In this document: positions 36,952 through 51,230 of the stretch, in pieces
Layout: each line of letters opens with the position of its first letter
Numbering within the stretch: position 1 is the stretch's first letter
From: Leucoraja ocellata
Lineage: Eukaryota
DNA length: 64,000 nucleotides
Reading direction: 5' to 3'
NCBI GenBank assembly: GCA_036785375.1
Contig: JAWMAR010000462.1
Coordinates: 1,488,001-1,552,000, forward strand
Program-made: the position numbers and the translations under genes
The notes under the pieces: model-generated
What the model was told of the DNA's origin: nothing
What the model saw: the letters and a program-made list of their open reading frames with translations, nothing else
The model's database searches: none

Positions 36952-39159
36952 AGATTTCCACTGCCAAAAGAAAACGCATCATGATAATTGAAATGGCTTG
37001 CATGCATACTAACCCTCTCAACATTTGGCAGTGTTATTAAGCCACTGACCTGTACCTGTTGCCTGAAGACATGACTTTTATCCAATCTGTATACAAATTG
37101 CCATGAAGGAATGAAGACGCCTTTTTAACAGTGAAATAGATGTTTCTAATTCGACTTGTCTTGCCGGGGCGACGTCAGAGTTTGTATTCTCTCCCCATCA
37201 AATGTCACAATTAAGGAGCAGCCAGGTGGCTTGAAAGTTACCATTGATGCTGGTATATGTAGCCCTGGTCGTTTTAGCACTGTTGGTCCATTAACAGACT
37301 CTTAAATGGAACTGACCTTCTAAAAACACACTAACTGTGATGGGATTGAAAAGTAGAATTTAAAATAAAATTATGTCCTCATCGACGTCTCAATATCTGC
37401 TCTCCTCTAAAAAACCATGACGACCGTGGTTACTACTGAGTGTGCACTAGCTTATCTAGTTGAAGATCAATATTTAGCATAATCTGACTGATTATATTTT
37501 TTTCCGACACTTGCATATAAATATGTAGCTATAAGTGATGCTATAAGAAGAATGATTGACTGAATGACTTTGGGCTCGGAAGGAGTTTTGAAGATTTCCA
37601 TTGATGCCGACTGGTAACATTTTGAGCATTTTACCCTGTCAGAGGGCAGGGGTTCCAGGATCCCAGGTTGGATGTTAATCCTTCACTCATTCCTTGAAGT
37701 TAGGTGGTACTGCTGTTGGGCTGGACTAAGGCGTGATGGGGAAGATGTCCAAGCAAAACCTTAAAATAAGCATAAAGGTTTAAGTTGTGCAAGGGGTTTG
37801 CATGATGTGACGAGATTGAACATTGATCATGCTTACGACATAGATTGTCATAAAATGTTACTTAGATTGTATACATGCAGAAACATGTGCCTTAGACATT
37901 TGATTTACTCTTCCAAGAAAGAATCCCATCATATTTTGCTGATTGTTTTGTTAATTGTAAAGAGCACCCATAGTATTTAATTGACGACAGTATTTATGTA
38001 TAAATACATATTTGTTCACTGGTGTGTGAATTTTCCCAATAGTTCCTCTTTTTGTTTAAGCAACTTTGGCACAAACCTTGCCATTAATATGACTGTTGGC
38101 TAAATGCACTTCGTGGAAAGTATTTTTGTTTTTCTAATGAAACTGACCATTCCCCTAACACAAGAATGCAGGAGTGCCATTTGAAAGTTTGGCTCCTTGA
38201 CCCTTTCAACTTGAATATTTTGGCTTTCACTGTTCTGATGCACTTTATTGTACTTGGTATGTTATCAAAGATTCTCAGCAAGCAAGCATCTTCTAAAATT
38301 GTTGATTTTTCCTCGCCCCCCTTTTTTTCGAAGATTAATTGTTCATTTTTGCTTACATTACTAAAACAAGATGTAATTTCTTTGCGAGGGCGATGGCAAT
38401 GATGTCATTGCCCGAACACTCTCCAGAATGCTGATTTTCCTGCTTGTGGTTCATTGATATATATTTAACATTCTCCTTCTGACAGATTCGTGTGGTTAGA
38501 TTACTGAATAAAGTCCTGGGGCAGTCCAGTATATTTTCTTACCTTTGTTCCTTTCCAGTAAAAGACCAATAATAGTTTACTGGATATAATCATTTATTAC
38601 TTTCTTTAAAAGCTAAACGTAATTCTCTCGGGTAACTTGAGTGTTGTGCGATATATCTTAATTTACACTTTTGTTCACAGGATAGATGGTTAGCTGCTCC
38701 AAAAATACCTTGCCCCCCTTTTGAGGGGAAGGACTGGCTACCATTATTCATTCTCCCTTTGAATCTGGCAGAATATGCTGCAACTTCCATTTCTTTCCCT
38801 CTTGAGTTCAAAAGATTGAAAGCCTATGTCTTCCTGCTGTGTTGCCCCAAATCTGGGAGATTATGCGAACCGATCATGTGTTCTGCCGTTCAAAATGACA
38901 CACTACCATTTCTGCTTGTGATAGAGACACTTGTGCACTATGGGTTTGGATTTGGTTAATGTAGGGCTGAACTCAAGGAACTGTTAGAAGGGCCCGATGA
39001 TTCCATTTGAGTTTTTCCAGTTTGGGGGGGGTAAACAATGCAACTGCTCTCAATACTGAACTGAACGCAAAATACTGAAGTGCAGGTGCCCACCATAAAG
39101 AATATAAATGCCCACCACACATGCCTTAGTGGCTGTTTATATTCTTTATGGCAAGCGTC

Positions 39160-39250
39160 TGTCCATTCCATTCACAGATGCTGTCTGACCTGCTGAGTTC
39201 CTCCAGCACTTTGTGTTTTGCTCAGGCATCCAGCGTCTGCAGTTCCTTGT
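39160..39250 (+). mobile_element. Penelope-like terminal repeat fragment in the 3'UTR
   Basis: cagatgctgtctgacctgctgagttcctccagcactttgtg; a similar copy lies at about 43295-43380. Confidence 0.65.
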
Positions 39251-41487
39251 CTCTTCTCCCCTCAATACCATTTCTATGTGCCCTTTTCATTTGGGCAAGA
39301 GCACGCATGTGTGAGCAAGTCGCATTTAGTCTTTCCAGCAATTAAGATAATTTTTCTGCCAGGTTGGATTTAATGGTCAACTGGCATATTGGTTTTGGAA
39401 AAAAAACCCTTTGTATATTTAAACCAGGAAGGTCTCAAAACATCTATACCACAGTGGAACATTTCATCTTGGGTCGGCATGGACAAGCTGGCTGAAGAGC
39501 TTTGCTCCACGCTCAATGACTTTATGACTTGTGATCACATGCCTCACCTCGTCTTCCTGCCCATCAATGCACTAATGTTAATGATGGCAATTGCTTTTAT
39601 GGAATACTGGTCCAATTCTAATAAAGTGCTGGTGCAACTCATTTCTTTGACTCCTCCCCCCCCCCCCCCCCTCCACCCTGCTCTTCTATGTTCTACTCAC
39701 TATCTTGCGGGCAAACTTGCCATAATCCCAGCATGGCAAAGGCATGTTTCATACTGAATTGCTGACCTTGAACTACATTGTCCAGCACAATATCAAGCCT
39801 TGAACTTAGTAGAGTAAAAATTATAAACCTCCCATTTAAAAAAAAGGACAAATGATGGAGCAACACTGTTAGAAATATAACCGAATATACACTAACATTT
39901 AAAAAAGTAAATGTTATGCTTTATCCTTTGATCTTGCAGTTAAAATACATCAGTTGAATGGAACAGCAGAGACAGCGGGAGGACAAATTATAGTCTTTGG
40001 TGTAGGATTCAAGAACTACAGAGTAGGTGCTTTCCAAAGATGATATGAACCCCACGTTGCAGTGTTACACACTACCTTTTTTATTTCAACCATTGGATCA
40101 ACAAGGCACCTTCATATATAAAGGAGATAATTTCTGAAAAATACATAAATCATTGAAGTCAGTAGATTCTATCTTCATGGCTACCCTGTTCTTGAAGATG
40201 GTTTCAGGATTAATAATCGGATTCACTGGGGGGAAATATTCTGATAAAACATGCTTTTGTTAAAAGATAATCCTCCTATTTTGGCCTGAGGGAAGCAATC
40301 TTGCATCACATTTTGATTTCACCAAGCGCCCTTCTGCCTTACCAAATGGAGGATGTATGCAACCCAATGGTTTGGAAGCACTCCAAGAAATTTCCTGTGC
40401 CCAAAAGCTTTAAGTTAAACGGTGCTTTGCAATGTTGGGCCTGAATGGATCAAATGACAAATAGTTAAAATACAACTCTAAAATGACAAAATAAGAATAA
40501 CTTGGTGAGCGTGAATTATGGCGTAGGATGTTAAAATTATCAAAATAACAAAATATAATTTGTGTTATTGTAGTAGTTCTGGTACTTATGTTGAAATGGA
40601 TGTTAACTACTAGATTTTCCAGCTGGTATTTGGAAGTAGTATTAACTCAATGAAGATGAAAAACACTCAATTAAAATGGAATAACTGCAGCTCAAAATTT
40701 TGCAACTCAAGGTTTGATGTGAGGATATTTGAATCCTCGAATGTAGGAAACCTAATTTTTAACAAATTATTCTTCAGTTAACTGCAGAACATCATTAAAA
40801 TTGCACTAAACTACAGTGATCAGGGATGAAAATGAAACGGTTTCAAATTCCTGGCATTAAATACCAGGAATGAAATGGTGCAGTGGGTGATGGAGGGGAG
40901 AGGAGGAGAATGAAGGAGCTAGAAGGGACATGCCAAAAGATTTTAAAAAATGTAATTGTGCATCAGCCGCATTAACTTTTTCTAACTGCACTATTTCTAG
41001 ACCATTAACGCAGCTGTCAGGAACCTATTGAGAGATTTGCTGATTCAAACATTCACACGATTGGAAAAAAAAATGTCCCTCTTAGTTTTCTGAAATCACC
41101 AGTAGAATTTCACAAGTCTGATTCAGTAGAGAGGTATTTTCACATGCTGTGAAAAAAGGGTGCTTTTTCTGCATGCACTTGTGAAGCATGTGAGCCAACT
41201 AATATTTTTAATACAAAGCTTTATCAAGTTTCACATACTAGTTCGTTTGAAGAGGTTCAATGATGTACTCATGTTTAAGCTTTTTTTTTGCTGTACAGTT
41301 TTGTTTAAAAGATGTAATCCACAGACGATAACATTTATGAAATCACTAAATTTATAATCCATGTTATCTAAGAACTGAACTTTGCAGGCGGGATGTTTTG
41401 GGTGACGTTAATCAATAAAGTCCTGGTCTGTTTCCTGCACTTATCAACAAATCCCATTTTGGAACCATTTAATTCCTACAAACAGTT

Positions 41488-41780
41488 GGGAGCAGTGTGG
41501 AGCTGGTAGAGCTGCTGCCTCACAGATTTGGAGACCTGCATTTGATCCTAATCCCGGGTGCTGTCTGTGGAGTTCTACATGGTCCCCTTGACAATGAGAG
41601 TTTGCTCCAGGTGCTCTTGTTTCTCCCACATTTCAAAGACATGCAGGTTTGAATGGTTAATTGTAAAATTGTCCCTTGCGTAGGGACAAGATGACAAAGT
41701 GGGATAACAGACCTAGGGCAAAAGGGCATTGTGGACATGGGCCAAAGGGCCTGTTTCCATGCTGGATCTCCAAACTAAAC
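41488..41780 (+). mobile_element. HE1-like SINE
   Basis: ggtagagctgctgcctcacag head; tail gggccaaagggcctgtttccatgctggatctccaaactaaac. Confidence 0.75.
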
Positions 41781-42407
41781 ATCTAGCCGCTTTGACTAAT
41801 GTGTTGACAAATCATTTCACTTGGCATCAAGAAACTCTAGTCACAATCCTTTTTTTAATTTTGAAATTACCGTTTATATTTCCAACAAACTGTAATGGGA
41901 TCTTTTAACATACTAATTTTCCCAAATGGGCCTGGTTCCTATCAATGGAATTCTTTATGGTGGGCGTTGGCAGGCAGCACACTCTTCATGTAGCTTTCAA
42001 CACACCACCAATGTGTGAAACGCATCCTTTGTGATTGTGCTTCTATTTTATTTTAAAGGTACAAGGAACAGATGCTTCTGCCTTTGGGAATCGCAAATAT
42101 TACTTATTTGAAAGCTTGTGTATTTTAAATGTACTGTAGATTTATGAAGATAATTGTCCCATGTTTGCAATGCTGGTTTAGGGGATTTGTCAAGTTGGTA
42201 CAAGAATTACATTGTCTTTGTGTTGACGCTTGAAATTGGAACCCTGAACCTATTCAATGTGTTTTTCAAATACATCTGACAGGGAAGCTTCCAAGGTAGG
42301 AATAAAGTGAAGATCTCTAGATCTGCTGAGTGAACAGAACTTGGTCTGGTTAGCAGGACTTATGATGTGAAATCCAGCCACTTCGAGTTAAAGATACTGT
42401 TAATGTT

Positions 42408-42595
42408 AAAAGACACAAAGTGCTGGAGTAATTCAGCAGAACAGGCAGCAGAATATAGATAGGCGATGTTTTGGGTTGTGGCCCTTCCTTTCCTGACCAG
42501 AAACATCACCTATCCAGAGATGCTATCGGACTTGATGAGTTACTCCAGCACTTTGTATCTTTTTTGGTAAACCAACACCAGCAGTTCTTTATGCC
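42408..42595. mobile_element. Head-to-head Penelope terminal-repeat dimer with 13-bp TSD
   Basis: tactgttaatgtt (42395-42407) and tactgttaacgtt (42596-42608). Confidence 0.75.
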
Positions 42596-44266
42596 TACTG
42601 TTAACGTTGGGTTGGTTTGTTGTTGAATTGGGTTTTTTGTTCTCTCCCTTTAACCTGCTCTGGGCAGCTGGCATCTTCTGGCACAGCTGTTGTGTGAAAC
42701 TGAGTATCATAAGCATGTTCCCCACCAGCATCTATTGATTGCTGAAGAGAGTTAGCAGGTATCCCCACTAATCATTAACTCTGTGCTTCCTCGCTCACCC
42801 AGCTACACAATCCAACTCTACATTTACGATCGAGAGAGCAATTGAGCACAAATCAAACTATCCTTGCCGTAGTTCAGTATTCCACCATAAAGAATTGAGA
42901 AACTGCTTTATGTAGAATGAGAACAACTTTAAGAATTGGAGAGTATTAATTTCAAAATCCTTGGAAGGTGTGAGGACGAGAAAAAAAATGTTGCAAGCTT
43001 GTTTTTATTTAATATGAAGTTGGTGTTTAAACATTGACATCAGTCACACCTCCTCCAAACAAATCAGTTCATTTATTTTAATAACTGCTTATGAACTGAA
43101 AAATGCTCAGTCCTTGTACTGGAGTCAGATCTTATCAAAATTATTTTAATTTAACTCCATAGCAATCGGCTGACTGCATTTTTTTTTCATATCAGAACTG
43201 CATTTTTGGCTCAAATATGTTTGTATACGAAGTGTTCATCACATTAGCAAAAATACAATTTCTATTTTGTCCAGTCTCAATCTGATACATTGACTGTCCA
43301 TTCCCTTCACAAATGCTGCTTGACCTGCTGAGTTCATTCAGCACTTTGTGTTTTGCTCTAGATTCCAGTATCTGCAGTTTTTGTTTAGAAAAGGTTCATA
43401 AACTGCATAAATGGATCACCACTTCATGATCTATGAGCATATCTTATATTGATCTTTTTTCAACAGACTTTGACCCAAAAGCTCTTCCCTGCCTCCTCAG
43501 TGTAATTTCTAACTGAGCAAAGCAACAAGAAAATGCTCAAATGGAGTATTTAGATGTGGGGTAGCGACAAAGTCACAGTCTATTGTAACTTTTGACACCC
43601 TCCAATGCAGTACTGACGGACTATTGAAGTATTGAAGAGGCATCTAGCCAAACTCTCTAACTTGAGTTAATGTTCTGAAAGACTTTGCCATGAGGAGCTT
43701 CAGGATTCCCTGAGAAAGAAATTCTGTTTATTTTATGCTACAGAATGGAAGATTGTTTGATTTTGAGGGAACTTTGTCTGTCTTGTAGTATTTTCAAAGC
43801 ATTCATGCTGATTTGTTTTCATTTTGCTTGCCCTACCTCTTTCAAGTTTGTGAAGCAGATCTATCAAAACCTAACACTGCAACTTTAATAGCAACATAAT
43901 TGGAGAAACCTTTCGGCACCAAAGCAAACAATAAGGCCTCACGCTTGTTTAAACTAACATATCAGGATGGAAGAAATGTTGTATGTTTCTGTATGCTTCT
44001 TTGATTAAAACTGGGAAAGTGTTCATTGTGAAAAAAATAATTTAAGAGATTGCCTGACCTGCAGCGGGTTTGTAAAAATTAATTATTTTTAAATTACACT
44101 GTAAAATGTCTGAGCCATTTCAACGCATTTGCACCTTTAAGTTCGAGGAAAGATTGTATAGATAGAGCTGCCTTACTGAAAATGGCACTGTTGGGACTGT
44201 TTCTCCAGCAAGATGACTGTTAAATTCTGGGACTGTTTCTAGATTTGGCCAAGATTTAACGTGTTC

Positions 44267-44272
44267 AATAAA
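44267..44272 (+). terminator. Polyadenylation signal, probable distal NACC2 site
   Basis: AATAAA followed about 15-45 nt later by a GU/U-rich element (tgtttttgtgtctcctgtcatggtctgtttt). Confidence 0.6.
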
Positions 44273-44599
44273 AGTAACACACTTGAACTGTTTTTGTGTC
44301 TCCTGTCATGGTCTGTTTTATTCAATCTTTATAGCTTCAGTATGAGATTTTGTTATACACTGCTGGCTGAATTTATGGGAAAGATAATCTTGATCCATGC
44401 AGTGTCATTAGGGGTTTTTTTGGAGGTCGTTTTGAAAAGGTTGTGCACTATTAAATGTATTTTCATCAAACTTTAAAACTGACCAAAGTGTTGATGCACA
44501 AGTGATCGTGCATCAGTCCGAGAACTGTCATCGGTGAATCACAAAGCGAAGTACATGCCACAGACGTGGGTGGAATCAAGACTGATATTCGATTGCAAT

Positions 44600-44900
44600 G
44601 TTATGTGTTGAACTGATGGAGATGGAATGAGACTTGAGACTAAATCCCTGCTTACATTCAAGTGGACCTCGGAGATTCCAGGGAAATTGAAGTGGTGGAA
44701 AATTCTTCACATCTCTGAGTATGTGTATACAGTTATTAACCCAGAATTGGGGAATCAAGGGCGAGAGGGTGTAGATTTAATGCAATAGGAGAAAGATTTA
44801 AGCCTGAGAGGCAACCTTTTCCACACAAACAGTGATAAGTACATGAAACGACTTGCCAGGGGAATTGTTTGAGGCAGGTTTGATAAAATTTATAAAACAG
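44600..44900 (+). mobile_element. CR1 3' fragment between the two poly(A) signals
   Basis: gtagatttaatgcaataggagaaagatttaagcctgagaggcaacctttt resembles the CR1 ORF2 end. Confidence 0.55.
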
Positions 44901-44962
44901 AATGGGTAGTGTTGAAGAAAACATTAAAACACAACAGAAAGATTGGTTAAGACAATCAATAC

Positions 44963-44968
44963 TTTATT
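44963..44968 (-). terminator. Polyadenylation signal of a minus-strand transcript
   Basis: Minus strand reads AATAAAgtattgattgtcttaaccaatctttctgttgtgttttaatgtttt: hexamer plus downstream GU/U-rich element. Confidence 0.5.
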
Positions 44969-46409
44969 TAAGAATGCCAAATACAGTGATCTATACAGTG
45001 AGCAATCTAGGAGTGCTCAACGAACAAAGATTTATCTACTGAGAAACACATTTTTCCTTTGATGCTTTGTTTATTGCAGAAGACACTTTAGAACTTTTCC
45101 TTCTTCCAAATGGTCTTTTAACAAATATACATCATGCACCTCTGAAATACACAGCAGAGTAAACACAGCCCAATTCCACACCATTGTGTATAAGCAAATG
45201 TCCTGTTACCCTTTCGACCTTATTTTATTGTTTTACGATTGCCATTTGTCCTTTGACAACAGAGAAGAGAATCTGACTAAAGTAGACTGCAGCGAGTGTC
45301 AGTTACATATGCTCGGTTTCAACCTTCTTTAAAGCACAGAATTATTATAACACATGTAGAGAACTTTAAACATTTTTAAGCTCTCTACCTATACCTTGCT
45401 GTCTTCTTGAAGCGTTGTGATTTATAAAGATAAATCGCAACAATAGGAAAGGTTAAAGGACCATGGGTCAATTACAGGCAAATGGGCATCATAGACAAGG
45501 TGGACTAAAGGGCCTGCTGCTGTATGTCTCTTTGACTCCGATGATTGATTTGATCATTTCACATTTAGAGATTCTGATCAATGCAGATTAGCCGCAAGGT
45601 GTCTCTGGGACTCTCCGCACAGCAATTTGCTTTGTAAGGCTGGAATGTAATCAGGCAAAATTTGACCCCAACCCACATGAAATATACAGACCAATAACTT
45701 GGACGTAATTCAATGATCATAGCAGGAAAGTTGAGGTCATAAAAGATAACGCATTGTTGGAGTTCCTTTCCGCCTTATCTTTCAGCATGATAAGCCAGAA
45801 ACAGGTCATTTATAACATTTCCATTTAAGATGAGATATTTAATCTCTGAATTTGGGGTGCTTTTTAAACTTCATAATTTTTATGAATATTGTACTGTCGA
45901 ATAATGGAGTCTGTTCACCACCAATTCTACACAGGATACAAAAAAACACATCGTAGTTGAAATGTTAACGTCTCCGTCTCTCTCTCCTTAGATGCCTTGC
46001 CTTCCCAGCATTTTGTATTTCAGATCCCAACACATTCTGCTTGCCTTTGTGAAAGTTGCCTGTACGTGGTGCAGCAGTCTCAATCAAGTTAAGTAACCAT
46101 ACTGTTGTGAGTGAATGTTTGTTCTTTAAATGGACAGCTTGCTGAGTAAATTTACTGTTTGCTGCAAGTTATACACCCTGTCCCATCGCCACCGCCTAGC
46201 AAAGTGTTCAGACCTACTGTTTCACATAATGGGTGAATGGAATGCGGTTTGCATTAAGATATGGACAACAATGTGTAGTATATGATGTTTAAATCCCCAG
46301 GCTATATTTACATATTGATAAAAGTTTAATTTTAAAATCCTTTGAGGGTGCTGATCTTAGTATGTTTTATGATATTAAATTAAGGCATTTATTATGAATC
46401 TGGATTTGA

Positions 46410-46795
46410 ATTTTGATAGGCTACTCAGCTTCAGGAGTGACATTTTTCACCTGGGTTATTCCCTCTTCTCCCTGCTTCCATTAGGAAGAAGCAACAAAAG
46501 CTTGAAAGTACATACCACCAGACGCAGGAATAATCCCACCCATATGTTAGGGTGTAGTCCTGAAATTCCAGCATACCTAAATGCAGACAATGGACTTTTT
46601 TAAATCTGGAACTTACGCTACCCACCTAAATGCCCAAAAAACTAATATTCACTGATATTTTGCACTTTGCATTACCTGTTGTTCTCGTGCATGAGTTGAT
46701 TGTACTTGTGTATAGTGTCTGATTTGATTGGATCGCACGCATACAAAAACTTTCCACTATCTTGGTACATGTATCAATAATAAATCAATACCAAT
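46410..46795 (+). mobile_element. L2-clade/Rex-like LINE 3' fragment
   Basis: ctcttctccctgcttccattaggaagaag...cataccaccagacgcaggaata and tail tttccactatcttggtacatgtatcaataataaa; related tails at about 14500-14585 and 48270-48560. Confidence 0.5.
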
Positions 46796-49700
46796 AGTCA
46801 GTTTGTTCAGCTTCAGAAAGCACCAGGGTTGAGCTCAATTCCATGCTTGTCCAATATTTATTGAATAGCCCCCAGGAATGGGAGCTCTGATTGATATTCC
46901 AACATAATTCAACAATCTCAGATAATGAATTTGCTTTGTTTAAAAGGTACCTATCTCTTTAATTCATTTCTGTTACCATTGCCTTTAACATTGCCTTCTC
47001 GTCTGTTTATCAGTTAATGTCTTTTTCTCTGCATTCTGTAACAAACATTTTTATTCTTTCCTTCACTTTAACCAATCCTCTGCATCGTAAAATGTGACAT
47101 ATCTATAACTTGCAGTTCTGATCTTGAGGCATTGACATATAACCAGTGCTTTTTTTTAATGATGATTTACAGGTGGTACATGACCAGCACCTTTATAAAG
47201 ATAAACGTCATGATTTCAATCTCTGGCCATGTGATGCGTTTATTAATCATGTGTACCAGCATCTTTTTGTCTCTCATAAAAGCACTGCATAAAACAATAG
47301 TTTAGTTTTTATTTTCCTCTCTATTGCTGCCTGACTTGCTGAATATTTTCACCATTTGCTTGCATCGGATTTCTAGCATTCACAGTATCTTGCCATAATA
47401 TAGTTTATTAATATCTTTGCAGCTGATGCGTATGTAAGTATGCGCACCATGCAACTCTGACGAGAACTGAATGTGATGTTATTTTGGTGATTATAGAGTG
47501 ACAATTGTTCCAGGCAAGAGCACAAAGGAACAATGGCATGGTGAACTTAGCATTAAAATTAGTCGAGTTTAACGCCTGCTTTTGCATTCAGCAGTCCCTG
47601 TTCATAGTAGCTTAATTTTCTTTTAGTACTTTGTGACTAAAGATTGTATCTGAGATGGTTGATTTTGATCAAAAAAGTATATTTATTTAAATTTCCAAAA
47701 GTATAATTTTGAGTAAGACGATCAGGTCTATATTTGTTGATATCTATTTGGATTTTCCTCTCAGCTTTGGTTAAAAGTGCTTTATCAGCTATATGTAACC
47801 GCACTGCAGTGTTTGAGATGACATCTGACAGTAAGATTCCCAGAGTAATAGAAATGAAATGGTGTCAGCTATATTCAGTGAATAAATAGTACCTGGATTT
47901 TGGATAGAGCAATGGAAGTAAGATAATGCCCAAGTTGAATTCTTGACCTCTAGTCAATTAATTGATATCAACTAATGGGCTTGAACTTGAAGGGTTCTAG
48001 TTGTAATAGGGATTGCTAAGCCAGTTTGCTGTATTAGTGAGGGCAGACTTTGTCCTTTTTGAAATGTGTACAGCAGTTCACAATTGTTCTTTGTGTTGAG
48101 AAAATGGTGTTCTAACTAGATACAATAGTGACATTTAAGAGACTTTTGGATAGGCACATGGATACGCTGGGAATGGAAAGGTGTGGATAATGTGCAGGCA
48201 GAGAGGATTGGTTTAACTTGGCATTGTGTTCGCCACAAACATTGTGGGCCGATGGGCTTATGTTTGTATTGGTTTATTATTGTCAAGCGTACCCACAAGA
48301 TAGGGAAAAGCTTTATCAACATGCTATCCAGTCAAATCATGTTATACACAAGTTCAATCAAACCATACACAAATGCAACAGGGAGTGCAAAAGAAAAATA
48401 CTAGAGTGCAGTATATATTGTTACAGCATTGTAGTAGTGCAGTTATGGAGACAAACGGCAAGGCCTGCAATGAGGTAAATTGGCAGATTGGGACTATGCC
48501 CTAGGTTATGAAAGAGCTGTTCAGTAGTCTGATAACAGGGGGAAGAAGCTGTTCCTGAGTCCAGAATGGAGGGATATGGATCGTTTGCAGGCAAATCAAA
48601 TTAGATTAACTAGGCATGTTTGGAACAGAAACTGTATGAGAAGCCTGTCCCTGTGCAGTAATGGCCTATATACTCTGGAAGGTATGTACACGTACATTAG
48701 CATGCCTGAGAATGACATTAGTTTGAGGCCAAAGACAAATTCAGAAACACCTTGGGTGTATCAACATTTGCCACAAGGAGGATTTCAAGATCTATTTTGT
48801 AACTTATCGGAGATTGTGCCCTGTACTTACCTGAGGGCTGAAAATGTCGGTTCCCAGCTGCTCACGGCCTGGAAGGTCTTGACCATCCGGGGGATGATTC
48901 TTAGCCAATGCTGCAGATGCTAGGACCGAGACAGCATCTCTGAAGGATATAAATAGGCAAAGAAGCGTCTCAACCAAACGTCACCTATCCCTGTCCTCTG
49001 GAGATGCTGCCTAATCAGTTGAGTTACTCCAACACCTTGTGTTCTAAGAAAGATCAGGATGGCTTAAACCCAAAGAATGAAGTAAACTAGTCAATATGCT
49101 TGACTGATGAAAAAGACAGACTTTTATTTCTAATCCAAAGGCATTTCTTGTGATGTGTAGATATCTAAGTAATTTGCTTCCAATGAAGTATTCTTTAAAT
49201 GTGGTCACTATTGTAATGTAGAAAACAAGACGAGTCATCTTTATGCCCGCTGTCTGCAATGTGATAACTTTGTTCCGTGTTTAATAAATCCATTTTGTCC
49301 AAAACAGGGATTTTGTTCTTTATTCAGAACTGTGAAGTAAGATTTTTTAATGTTCCCCTGTTAGAGACCAAGACTTTGGTGCAACTTACTACCTGAATTG
49401 CGGCACTGTTATGCTGCCATGTTGAAGTGAGCCTTGCCCTCGCAACCTTTAGATTGGAGAGGGCCAATGAGGATAGCAGCTATCCAACGTATTACTGGAT
49501 TATTTGTTGATAGTTTCAACTAGGTTACCAGAGTTGTGCTTGGTAAAGGCCTGTGAGAGGAGATGCTTTCATTTCTCCTGCAGTTAATTATGTTCTTCCA
49601 CTGCAGATTTCACACCAGCTCCGTGTGTCAACAGCAGCTATTTTTATCGGCTGTGTTTTGCAGGGAAGTGCTGGCTTTTGATGACAGGATTAGTATGTGT

Positions 49701-51230
49701 GCTGAATAGGATGTTCTGTTTCCGTGAATGCTTTCATTTCAGGTCGACACCTCACATTTTCCTCGGTTACTTTCCCCAGTCTGACATTTAGGTTTTGGTC
49801 TAATGGCTTAATATCTTGTCTGATCCTATTTGTACCTCTGTCACTATAACTCTCCCTGAGATGTGCATGGAGTCGTCTTTTTCCTTTTGTGTGCAATCGC
49901 ATCACCATGGAGTATTTCCTGGCGTGCGAACCATCCTGTGACCTCTCAAGTTTGGTGCTGATCTTGACCATTGGAAATTGAATTAAGAGAGCTCCATGTT
50001 CCAAAGCAAAGCCTCTGGGCGACAGACCAAGGAGATCAACCTTTGGGTTGACCCAGAGAAAAGACGAGCTTGCATTCTTTGGGCTTTACATGGCTTAAAA
50101 GCACAAGTAGAATGAGATGTAAATAATTTAGCTCCTTGTGTCTGGTCTCTCACTCGATTAGATTATAATGAATCTATATTGGTGTCTTTCCTGCTCTAGC
50201 CCTTGATTATCTACAAAGCTGTCATTATCTTGAATAAAATCTACTGAGCCATTTAGAAGGAGTTCCATAGATTCACTACTTGTGTTTTGGGATTGTGACC
50301 CTGGCATTTGGTATCCCAGCCAAAGGAAACTGCTCTACATTTATCTTGACAAGTTGCAAGAATCGTGTACTTTTCAATGATATCACCGTGAGGATATTTC
50401 GAAGAAGTTTGCAAGCTGTGCAATATTTTTGAAATTCAGACACAGTTGTATTTAGGAATTGAGTCATGTATTCTCTCAACAGACCTCCATAATATTATTG
50501 ACCATTTGAGGAAAGAACAGTGTTGGAGGAACTCGGCACATCAGACATCCATTGAGGGAATGGAGAGATGACTTTTTGGGTCAGGACCATTGAGCCCTGC
50601 AGAAGTGACCAGATCTAACATGTCATAAGTCCATTGCTCCCACAGATGCTGCCGGACCCGCTGAGTTCCTCCAATGCTTCATTTTGCTTGGGATTCCAGC
50701 ATCTAGCTCCTTGTATCTCCATTAATGTCCAATTAATGTGCTTGTTTGGCAATGTAGTATCGGCCTAGACATTGTGCTCAAAACTCTGGAATGCGGGTTG
50801 AATCTGTGAATTTCTTACAGAAAGGCAACTGTGCCTGCAATTGAACCACAGCTGAGAGGTCGTAAGCAAGTCACGAGCATCATGTAAAATAATGCAACTT
50901 CCATTTAATTTTCTTTTCATGCCTAATGTAGCATTGCTTCCCCCAAAGAGATTGGGGCATAGTCGTACGCAATGGGCAGAGGTATTGAAGCCCACTGCGT
51001 CATTACTGGCCATCAGACATCCAGCTAAGCATCCCATTGTCCAACTCTTGGCCCTCAGCCCTCATGCCAATGTGTTTCAGATGCTCGGATAAATGCCAGT
51101 TAAATGTTGAGAGAGTATCTGCATGTTGAGAGAGTGAGAGTAATGCATGCCAGGGTTCAACCATCCACTGAATAAAATACTTCCCCAAATCTCCCCCACT
51201 AAATCTCCTTCCTGTTACTTGAAGCCCTGC

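Larger units (their letters stand above)
36952..44290 (+). other. NACC2: Probable long NACC2 3'UTR
   Basis: No further NACC2 coding sequence; AU-rich; several internal AATAAA hexamers; best-supported poly(A) signal at 44267. Confidence 0.5.
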
